Notes under the pieces: generated by a model
Database searches by the model: none
The model's input: only the letters and a program-made list of their open reading frames with translations
Told to the model about the DNA's origin: nothing
Shown here: piece by piece, positions 57,227 to 64,000 of the stretch
How positions within the stretch are numbered: the first letter of the stretch is position 1
Layout of the letters: every line of letters starts with the position of its first letter
Assembly: GCA_017467445.1 (NCBI GenBank)
Contig: JAFTSG010000011.1
Span: 24,017 to 88,016, forward strand
Length of the DNA stretch: 64,000 nt
From: Clostridia bacterium
Lineage (GTDB): Bacteria > Bacillota > Clostridia > RUG12999
Reading direction: 5' to 3'
Program-made: the position numbers and the translations under genes

Positions 57227-58957
57227 TTATATAAGTTCGGGTTCCTGCTGTGGCACGCTTGGTACGGGGATTTCCTCTTCCGGAGAGGGCATTTCCGGAA
57301 CCGGTGTTGTACAGCCCGGTTCGGGAGCCGGTGTAATTTCCGGGTTTGGAACGTTTCCTTCGCCCGATACGGGTTCATCTTCCGCCGGAGGGCCTACCTT
57401 TACTTTTTTATGAAGCACTTTATATACGCTTCTTGAAATATATTCACGGCCTACATACTGACCGTCCTGATATATTTTTTTATAAGTATCTATAACATAC
57501 CCTGTTTTGGGGTTTGTTTCTACAACCTTTTCGCCCGGTGCAAGAGTTTCGTCCACTTCCTCAATTGTCTGGGCGTGCATTGTTTCAATGGTTATATTTT
57601 CAATTTCAACGGTTCTTCCTTTATTAACTTTCTGACCGAGGATTTTAACCGTAACACCGCTTGGATTAAATGCAGTAACTATTTTAATAGGTGCATTTGT
57701 ATTATTGATAAATCTTAAATCAATTTCGCCGCTGGCAACCGTTGCGTCCTGTCCGAGAGGTACATATGCAACCGTAAGGCTGTGCGCATAACGTTTTACA
57801 ATATCAAGCTCGGCATTTAGCGCTGCACTGTAAAGTGCTGAAGATACCTGACAAACACCGCCACCGATATCCTGCTCAATTTTGCCGTTGCTGTATACGT
57901 TTGCCACTTTGTATCCGCCTGCTACTGTAATCGGTTCAACGTGGCGAAGATAATAAAAAGTTTCGCCGGGGTTTAAAACAACTCCGTTTATTTTTTCCGC
58001 TGCAAGTCTTACATTTGTAAGTCTGTTGGCGTTACTGTCCGTAATTCTTGAGGTGTAGTTTGCAAGAGTATCAACAAAAATATTACTTGTATCAACCTCT
58101 GTGTTTTCGGCTTTTACAATTTCCACATCAAGATAAAATGGCTCTTTTTTTCCTTTGTTTTCTTCAATAACCTTTTTTAAATTTGCTTTATCAAATTTAT
58201 ATCCGTCCTGTGCAGAAAGAAGATATCCTTTTCCGTCAACTATTTCATATTTTGCATCCACCGGGTCTTTACACATTTCGGCATATATTTTATCAATGTC
58301 AAACTCGCCGGGATCAGAGTATGTTTTATTTATTACAACCTCGCCGCCGCCCGACATAAGCGCATTTTTTATATCCGATATTGCTTTTTCCCTGTCCATT
58401 ACGTAACCGGGTGTGCCATGGACCATTTTAAGTCTGCCGCCCTCTATTTCATATGTGTTTGGTGCCATAGGCTCTTTTGTTGCAAGGTCAAAATTATCAA
58501 ACATCTGCGAAACATATGCCTCATCAATAAGCGGCTGGGTTACTACATTTTCTCCCGCAAAGGCAAGGCCTACACTTTTGAAAAAGTCAGCTATCGCGCC
58601 ACCGTTTCTGCCAAGAGCGTATGCTTTTTCCACTGCGCCCTCCAGATCATAATCCAGCATAATTTCGCCAACAGTGGTTTCCTTTTCTTCTCCCTCGTAA
58701 CTGATTAAAATAACAGGATTCGGGTCAAATGTGGCAGTCTGCGCGGAAAGAAGCTCCATTGCCGCCTGCCGGCTCATATTTCCCACGTCAAGCCCGTTTA
58801 TTTTAACACCCTTTCGGATATTGTCACCGGTGTTTACGGCAAATGCCATAATTGCAAGCGCAATTACTAGCACAAGCGCAATTACACCAGGCACAATTAA
58901 CTTGGGAGTAAGTAGGTTTTTAAAGTTTTTTGTTTCTGGTTTCTTTTCTTCGGACAT
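57227..58957 (-). CDS. VanW-family protein (membrane-anchored, G5-like and Pro-rich C-terminus)
   Basis: 576 aa with an N-terminal transmembrane helix. The VanW core includes GGGVCQVSSALY. The C-terminal tail reads PPAEDEPVSGEGNVPNPEITPAPEPG. Confidence 0.75.
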   Translation of the reverse strand: MSEEKKPETKNFKNLLTPKLIVPGVIALVLVIALAIMAFAVNTGDNIRKGVKINGLDVGNMSRQAAMELLSAQTATFDPNPVILISYEGEEKETTVGEIMLDYDLEGAVEKAYALGRNGGAIADFFKSVGLAFAGENVVTQPLIDEAYVSQMFDNFDLATKEPMAPNTYEIEGGRLKMVHGTPGYVMDREKAISDIKNALMSGGGEVVINKTYSDPGEFDIDKIYAEMCKDPVDAKYEIVDGKGYLLSAQDGYKFDKANLKKVIEENKGKKEPFYLDVEIVKAENTEVDTSNIFVDTLANYTSRITDSNANRLTNVRLAAEKINGVVLNPGETFYYLRHVEPITVAGGYKVANVYSNGKIEQDIGGGVCQVSSALYSAALNAELDIVKRYAHSLTVAYVPLGQDATVASGEIDLRFINNTNAPIKIVTAFNPSGVTVKILGQKVNKGRTVEIENITIETMHAQTIEEVDETLAPGEKVVETNPKTGYVIDTYKKIYQDGQYVGREYISRSVYKVLHKKVKVGPPAEDEPVSGEGNVPNPEITPAPEPGCTTPVPEMPSPEEEIPVPSVPQQEPELI

Positions 58958-59212
58958 TTTGCTCTCTCCACTTATAAATTATCAAAATATTGCTATGATA
59001 CATATTATATTATAATAAACAACCCGAAATGTCAATAGATTTTGCCTGAAATTCAACAGATATGAAACAAAGTCTATAATAAAATTGCAAATCGAGCATA
59101 AAATATAGGTATATTTGACGAAAAATAAAGTTTTTTAACTTTTATCTTGCATTTTTGCAGGATTTGGTATAAAATATTAAGCAAGTTATTTTTTATATGG
59201 AGGAAATTTCAT

Positions 59213-60409
59213 ATGTTTATTTCAAAAAAAGCAGCAAGGGTAAACCCTTCCACAACATTATATATAGATTCAAAGTTCAAAGCGCTCAAAACTTCGGGCG
59301 TTGACGCTGTTGGTTTCGGTACGGGTGAACCTGATTTTGATACACCGCAGCACATTAAAGATGCGGCTATAAAAGCCCTTGCAGACGGCAACACAAAATA
59401 TACTCCGGCGTCCGGTCTTCCGGCAGTTAAACAGGCGGTTTGCAACAAATTAAAACGCGACAATGGTCTTGATTATGAAATATCAAACATCGTTGTTTCA
59501 AACGGCGCAAAACATTCTCTTATGAATATTTTCACCGCTATCTGCGACCCGGGCGACGAAATTATCATCCCCACACCGTTCTGGGTAAGCTATCCCGAAA
59601 TGGTAAGCATGGCTGACGGCGTGCCTGTATTTGTGGAAACTACGGCTGCCGACGATTTCAAAGTAACGCCCGACAAACTTGATAAAGTGCTTACTTCTCG
59701 CACAAGAGCAATCATCATCAACAGTCCGTCAAACCCGACAGGTATGGTTTATGATAAAGATGAGCTTCTTGCCATTGCAAACTGGGCAGTTAAAAATGAT
59801 TTATATATCATTTCCGACGAGGTTTATGAACACCTTGTATATGACGGAGCAGAGCATGTAAGCCTTGCAACATTCAGCAAAGAAATAAAAGAACATACAA
59901 TTATTGTTAATGCAGTTTCAAAAACCTATGCAATGACAGGCTGGCGTATAGGGTATACAGCATCAAATGCCGAGCTTGCAAAGGTTATGTCAAATATCCA
60001 GAGCCACGGCACATCAAACCCGAACACAATTGCGCAGTATGCGGCAATTACCGCACTTGACGGAAGTCTTGATGCTGTTTACGAAATGCGCACCGAATTT
60101 ATCAAACGCCGTAACTATATGGTTGAAAAAATTAATGAAATTGATGGTGTTTCATGCCTTATGCCGAAAGGTGCATTCTATGTAATGATGAATATGGAAG
60201 AGCTTGTTGGCAAAAAGCTTTACGGAAAGGAAATCAAAAACAGCGACGATTTTGCAGAGCTTTTCCTTGAAAAAGCGCTTGTTGCCGTTGTTCCGTGCAC
60301 AGGTTTCGGTGCACCAAACTATGTAAGATGGTCCTACGCAACATCAATGGAATCTATTGAAAAAGGTCTTGACAGACTTAAAAAATTCCTTGCGGAAGGT
60401 CTTGAATAA
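59213..60409 (+). CDS. class I PLP-dependent aminotransferase (aspartate aminotransferase-like)
   Basis: 398 aa, counted from the ATG at 59213 (RBS GGAGGA). The PLP-lysine context is SKTYAMTGWRIGY. Confidence 0.85.
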   Translation: MFISKKAARVNPSTTLYIDSKFKALKTSGVDAVGFGTGEPDFDTPQHIKDAAIKALADGNTKYTPASGLPAVKQAVCNKLKRDNGLDYEISNIVVSNGAKHSLMNIFTAICDPGDEIIIPTPFWVSYPEMVSMADGVPVFVETTAADDFKVTPDKLDKVLTSRTRAIIINSPSNPTGMVYDKDELLAIANWAVKNDLYIISDEVYEHLVYDGAEHVSLATFSKEIKEHTIIVNAVSKTYAMTGWRIGYTASNAELAKVMSNIQSHGTSNPNTIAQYAAITALDGSLDAVYEMRTEFIKRRNYMVEKINEIDGVSCLMPKGAFYVMMNMEELVGKKLYGKEIKNSDDFAELFLEKALVAVVPCTGFGAPNYVRWSYATSMESIEKGLDRLKKFLAEGLE

Positions 60410-60462
60410 TAACGATATTTAATGTATAATAAATATTAATTACTTTACAGGAGGGATTACCC

Positions 60463-61815
60463 ATGTTTAAAAATGAGTATTTGGCACAGCTTATGGAAAA
60501 AGTTGTGAAAAGAAATCCCGGCGAACCGGAATTTCATCAGGCAGTTGAAGAGGTTTTAGTATCTCTTGAAAAAGTTGTTGAACAGAGACCGGATTACATT
60601 ACATCAGGTGTTCTTGAAAGACTTGTTGAACCTGAAAGAATTATCAAATTCCGCGTTCCGTGGATTGATGATAATGGTCAGGTACAGGTTAACAGAGGTT
60701 TCCGTGTACAGTTCAGCAGTGCAATCGGACCTTACAAAGGCGGACTTCGTTTCCATCCGTCAGTATACGAAGGAATTATCAAATTCCTCGGTTTTGAACA
60801 GATTTTCAAAAACTCTCTTACAGGTCTTCCGATCGGCGGCGGTAAAGGCGGCAGCGATTTTGACCCGAGAGGCAAGAGTGATGCTGAAGTTATGAGATTC
60901 TGTCAGTCATTTATGACAGAACTTTACAGATATATCGGACCTGACGTTGACGTTCCTGCAGGTGATATCGGTGTTGGCGGAAGAGAAATCGGTTACCTCT
61001 ACGGTCAGTACAAGAGAATCAAAGCTTGCTGGGAAAACGGCGTTCTCACAGGTAAAGGTCTTGAATACGGCGGATCACTCATCAGACCTGAAGCTACAGG
61101 TTTTGGTGCTACATACTATGCTACAGAAGTTCTTTCACACTGCGGAGATTCAATCAAAGGTAAAACAGTTGCAGTTTCCGGTTTCGGTAACGTTGCATGG
61201 GGTGTTTGCCAGAAGGTTGCTGAACTTGGCGGTAAGGTTGTTACAATTTCGGGTCCTGACGGATATGTTTACGATCCGGACGGCGTAACAACAAAAGAAA
61301 AATTCGATTATATGCTTGAAATGCGTGCTTCAGGACGTGACCGTGCTCAGGATTATGCTGAAAAATTCGGATGCGAATTTTTCGCAGGCGAAAAACCGTG
61401 GGGCGTTAAGGTTGACATTTGTATGCCTTCCGCTACACAGAACGAAATTACACCTGCTGAAGCAGAAAAAATTGTTGCTAACGGCACAAAATACTACATT
61501 GAAGTTGCTAACATGCCTACAACAAAAGAAGCTATGGAAATCCTTTCCAAAGCAGGTCTTATCATTGGACCGGCAAAAGCTGTTAACGCCGGCGGTGTTG
61601 CAGTTTCTGCCCTTGAAATGGCACAGAACTCCATGAGATACAGCTGGAGCAAAGAAGAAGTTGACGAAAAACTCAAAGGCATTATGGCTAACATCCATAA
61701 AGTATCTGTTGAAGCAGCCGAAGAATACGGCCTCGGTTACGACCTTGTTGCAGGTGCTAACATTGCAGGTTTCAAAAAAGTTGCTGATGCTATGAAAGCT
61801 CAGGGCGTTGTGTAA
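60463..61815 (+). CDS. gdhA: NADP-specific glutamate dehydrogenase
   Basis: 450 aa with the signature PIGGGKGGSDFDPRGKS and the dinucleotide fold VSGFGNVA. Confidence 0.95.
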   Translation: MFKNEYLAQLMEKVVKRNPGEPEFHQAVEEVLVSLEKVVEQRPDYITSGVLERLVEPERIIKFRVPWIDDNGQVQVNRGFRVQFSSAIGPYKGGLRFHPSVYEGIIKFLGFEQIFKNSLTGLPIGGGKGGSDFDPRGKSDAEVMRFCQSFMTELYRYIGPDVDVPAGDIGVGGREIGYLYGQYKRIKACWENGVLTGKGLEYGGSLIRPEATGFGATYYATEVLSHCGDSIKGKTVAVSGFGNVAWGVCQKVAELGGKVVTISGPDGYVYDPDGVTTKEKFDYMLEMRASGRDRAQDYAEKFGCEFFAGEKPWGVKVDICMPSATQNEITPAEAEKIVANGTKYYIEVANMPTTKEAMEILSKAGLIIGPAKAVNAGGVAVSALEMAQNSMRYSWSKEEVDEKLKGIMANIHKVSVEAAEEYGLGYDLVAGANIAGFKKVADAMKAQGVV

Positions 61816-61901
61816 TATTTACAGGCATGATAAATGCGCTTAAACGTGCAAATGCAATTTAATATATAAGTTGTGTTTGGTTATATTTAAAGTTAAATTA
61901 T

Positions 61902-61940
61902 AAAAAGAAATCCGTGAGAATTCTCACGGATTTCTTTTTT
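61902..61940. terminator. gdhA terminator (bidirectional shape)
   Basis: Hairpin GAAATCCGTGAGAATTCTCACGGATTTC, flanked by A5 and T6. Confidence 0.8.
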
Positions 61941-62027
61941 ATTAAAGCATTTGCACTATGGACACTCTTCACCTCTCGGCGTACCGATGTACGCCTTCGG
62001 GCAAGTCCTTCGGATTCAGATTGTCCA
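61941..62027 (+). repeat. structured element B (paralog of 56191-56265)
   Basis: ATTAAAGCATTTGCACTATGGACACTCTTCACCTCTCGGCGTACCGATGTACGCCTTCGGGCAAGTCCTTCGGATTCAGATTGTCC. It lies in a 157-nt gap between two convergent terminators. Confidence 0.6.
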
Positions 62028-62092
62028 TTTAAAGCATCATTTCTCACGCCCTTACCTTAAGCAATACTTGTATGGGACGAATCCTTAAAAAT

Positions 62093-62122
62093 TATAAAAA
62101 ATCCGCAGGATTTCCTGCGGAC
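62093..62122 (-). terminator. acpP terminator
   Basis: On the minus strand, the hairpin TCCGCAGGA-aa-TCCTGCGGA is followed by T6. Confidence 0.75.
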
Positions 62123-62136
62123 TTTATGTACATTTC

Positions 62137-62370
62137 TTATTCAGTAATACTCTTAAGGTAATCAACAAGGTCGCCTACAGTTTTAATTGATTCAATTGCC
62201 TCGTCAGTGATTTCAACTTCAAACTCGTCTTCAATTGTCATTGCGAGGTCAACAAGATCAAGTGAATCTGCACCAAGTGATTCGCGGATATCCGTATCCG
62301 GTGTTACCATACTTTCATCAACATCAAGCTGGTCCATAATTATATCTCTTACTTTATCAAACATTTTCAT
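62137..62370 (-). CDS. acpP: acyl carrier protein
   Basis: 77 aa and acidic, with the phosphopantetheine site LGADSLDLVDL. It is monocistronic here, with no adjacent fab or pls genes. Confidence 0.85.
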   Translation of the reverse strand: MKMFDKVRDIIMDQLDVDESMVTPDTDIRESLGADSLDLVDLAMTIEDEFEVEITDEAIESIKTVGDLVDYLKSITE

Positions 62371-62554
62371 ATCTCCTTCATATAAAATTCAATATATATT
62401 ATAAAGTCATATACGCCTCTTGTCAATAAGCCCGCACAAAAATTTTTGCTTACTTACCCGGTTATTCGGCATTTTTACTGCAAAAAATGCTTTGACATTA
62501 TCGGTTTTTAATGGTATAATTAGTATGTAAACTAATCGTTTTGGGGGTCTTTTT

Positions 62555-63049
62555 ATGTATAACATAGGAGACAGAATAGTTTATCCCATGCATGGTGCCG
62601 GGATAATTGAAGCAATTGAAGAAAGAGAAGTTCTTGACGAGATTAATCAGTACTATATTTTGCGCATGCCTTACGACGATATGACGGTTATGTTACCTAT
62701 TACCGGAATTGCGGCAGACAGTATAAGAGATGTTATTACTCCGGATGAAGCAGATAAGGTTATCAGCCATTTTGACGGCTTTTTTGAAGAGGTTAATTCC
62801 AACTGGAACAAACGTTACCGCGAAAACATTGCAAAAATAAAAAGCGGTAATATTTACGAGGTTGCAGGCGTTGTTAAAATGCTCCTTTTCAGGGATAAAA
62901 CACGCGGGCTTTCCTCCGGCGAACGCAAAATGCTGACAAACGCCAAACAGATTCTTATAAGCGAACTTGTTATTGCTAAAAGCACCACACAGGAAAAGGT
63001 TGAAAATATGCTTTCCGATATGGTTGACAAGTTTGTTGAGGTGAAATAA
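62555..63049 (+). CDS. carD: CarD/CdnL-family transcriptional regulator
   Basis: 164 aa with the N-terminal GDRIVYPMHGAGIIEAIEEREV (a CarD_CdnL_TRCF-type domain). The carD-ispD-ispF order is conserved. Confidence 0.85.
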   Translation: MYNIGDRIVYPMHGAGIIEAIEEREVLDEINQYYILRMPYDDMTVMLPITGIAADSIRDVITPDEADKVISHFDGFFEEVNSNWNKRYRENIAKIKSGNIYEVAGVVKMLLFRDKTRGLSSGERKMLTNAKQILISELVIAKSTTQEKVENMLSDMVDKFVEVK

Positions 63050-63715
63050 ATGAAAGTTTATGCCGGAATTGTTGCAGGCGGATGTGGCAGCCGAATGGGC
63101 GCCGATATGCCAAAACAGTACATCCCACTCGCAGGAACACCTATTCTTTTACATACCGTACGTGCATTTTTAAAATTTTCCGATGCGGTTTTTGTTGCTT
63201 GTCCCGAAAGTTTTGTAGAGTATACAAGGCAGCTTGTGGGTGAATACGCCACGGTAATCCCCGGCGGGAAAACAAGAATGGAAAGTGTCAAAAAAATTCT
63301 TGAGCGCATTTCCCCCAAAGATGATGATATTATCTTAACGCACGACGGTGTTCGTCCGTTTATTTCAGAAAGAATAATCAAAGAAAATATTGAAGAAGCA
63401 AAAAAACATCTTGCCTGCGGAACTTTTATTCCCACGGTTGATACCATATGCTTGTCGGAAGATGGTGCGGTTTTATCCGCAGTACCCGACAGAACACATA
63501 TGTACAACGTGCAGACACCGCAGACATTTAATATAAATTTACTTAAAGAATTACTTTCGTCCTGCGAAGAAAAGGAAAAATTTACCGACCTTTGCGGACT
63601 TGCCGTTTTTATGGGCAAAAAAGTCCATATGGTTATGGGTGATAGCACCAACATAAAAATTACAACGCCGGCGGATATAACACTGGCGGAAGCAATTTTA
63701 AGCCGAGTGGAGTAG
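63050..63715 (+). CDS. ispD: 2-C-methyl-D-erythritol 4-phosphate cytidylyltransferase
   Basis: 221 aa with the N-terminal GIVAGGCGSRMG. The last 4 codons and the stop lie inside the truncated MITE-like copy. Confidence 0.85.
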   Translation: MKVYAGIVAGGCGSRMGADMPKQYIPLAGTPILLHTVRAFLKFSDAVFVACPESFVEYTRQLVGEYATVIPGGKTRMESVKKILERISPKDDDIILTHDGVRPFISERIIKENIEEAKKHLACGTFIPTVDTICLSEDGAVLSAVPDRTHMYNVQTPQTFNINLLKELLSSCEEKEKFTDLCGLAVFMGKKVHMVMGDSTNIKITTPADITLAEAILSRVE

Positions 63716-63778
63716 AACACCACAAGGTTTAAAACCATAAATTTTGCGTAATACTGCAGAAACTGACGCAAATATACT
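63701..63778 (-). repeat. MITE-like element, copy 3 (78-bp truncated, inverted)
   Basis: AGCCGAGTGGAGTAGAACACCACAAGGTTTAAAACCATAAATTTTGCGTAATACTGCAGAAAC.. matches the reverse complement of the right ~80 bp of copies 1 and 2. Confidence 0.8.
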
Positions 63779-63799
63779 CTTAAAAGGAGGAATGTAGCC

Positions 63800-64000
63800 T
63801 TGCGTATAGGTAACGGATATGACGTTCACGCATTATGTGAAAACCGCAAGCTTATTTTAGGCGGCGTAGACATTCCTTATGAAAAAGGACTACTCGGTCA
63901 TTCAGATGCCGATGTGCTTGTTCATGCGGTTATGGACGCTCTCCTCGGAGCTGCCGCTCTTGGCGATATAGGGCAGCATTTCCCCGACAGTGATGATAAA
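63800..64000 (+). CDS. ispF: 2-C-methyl-D-erythritol 2,4-cyclodiphosphate synthase, 3' end cut by window edge
   Basis: TTG start 9 nt after GGAGG. My translation is [12 protein letters not shown]...[33 protein letters not shown], which carries the IspF hallmark motifs. Confidence 0.85.
   Translation, partial: MRIGNGYDVHALCENRKLILGGVDIPYEKGLLGHSDADVLVHAVMDALLGAAALGDIGQHFPDSDDK

Noticed and set aside
61941-62097. Element B considered as 6S RNA, SRP RNA or a TwoAYGGAY-type RNA.
   Set aside because: It is too short for 6S RNA or Bacillus-type SRP RNA. The SRP domain IV motif is absent. The two ATGGAC strings are on opposite strands, where they form a stem, rather than lying in two hairpin loops.

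Overview
This is a 64-kb chromosomal segment from a sporulating Firmicute. Its Clostridia-like content includes yqfD, spoVT, the complete spoIIIAA-AH operon, sigG and an SLH-domain S-layer protein. I support about 72 protein-coding genes, nearly all housekeeping. They include phoH-ybeY, pnp-rpsO, cdaA-cdaR, the obg-yhbY-nadD-yqeK-LCP-rsfS-leuS-comEA run, hflX, cysE-cysS-mrnC, rimO-recX-recA-cinA, ispA-xseB-xseA-nusB-asp23, gdhA, acpP and carD-ispD-ispF. One TPP riboswitch precedes a ThiT-like transporter. I found no rRNA, tRNA, CRISPR array, transposase, integrase or prophage genes, and no recognisable defence or toxin system. What the gene list does not explain is mostly non-coding. (1) A long leader behind a near-consensus promoter is built from mirror-image arrays of one 9-mer (AGCTAAATT / AATTTAGCT), upstream of an orphan, motif-degenerate IGPD-like gene plus a HAD phosphatase. 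(2) A 214-bp MITE-like element with 27-bp terminal inverted repeats occurs in 3 copies. All three have the same polarity relative to host transcription, and each abuts a stop codon. (3) A mosaic REP-like family (hairpin-CTAC units plus a long GTCATTCTGAGCG hairpin) occurs at 4 loci. (4) Two paralogous ~80-nt structured elements lie at 56.2 kb and 62.0 kb. (5) A 1.15-kb SLOG(DUF1273)+XRE cassette is bracketed by ~50-bp direct repeats that include identical terminators. (6) A hairpin sequesters the sigG RBS. (7) A MurF-like ligase has its N-terminal domain replaced by transmembrane helices. Everything was read by eye. No database search, folding energy or statistics were run, and coordinates of non-coding features are approximate to a few nt.
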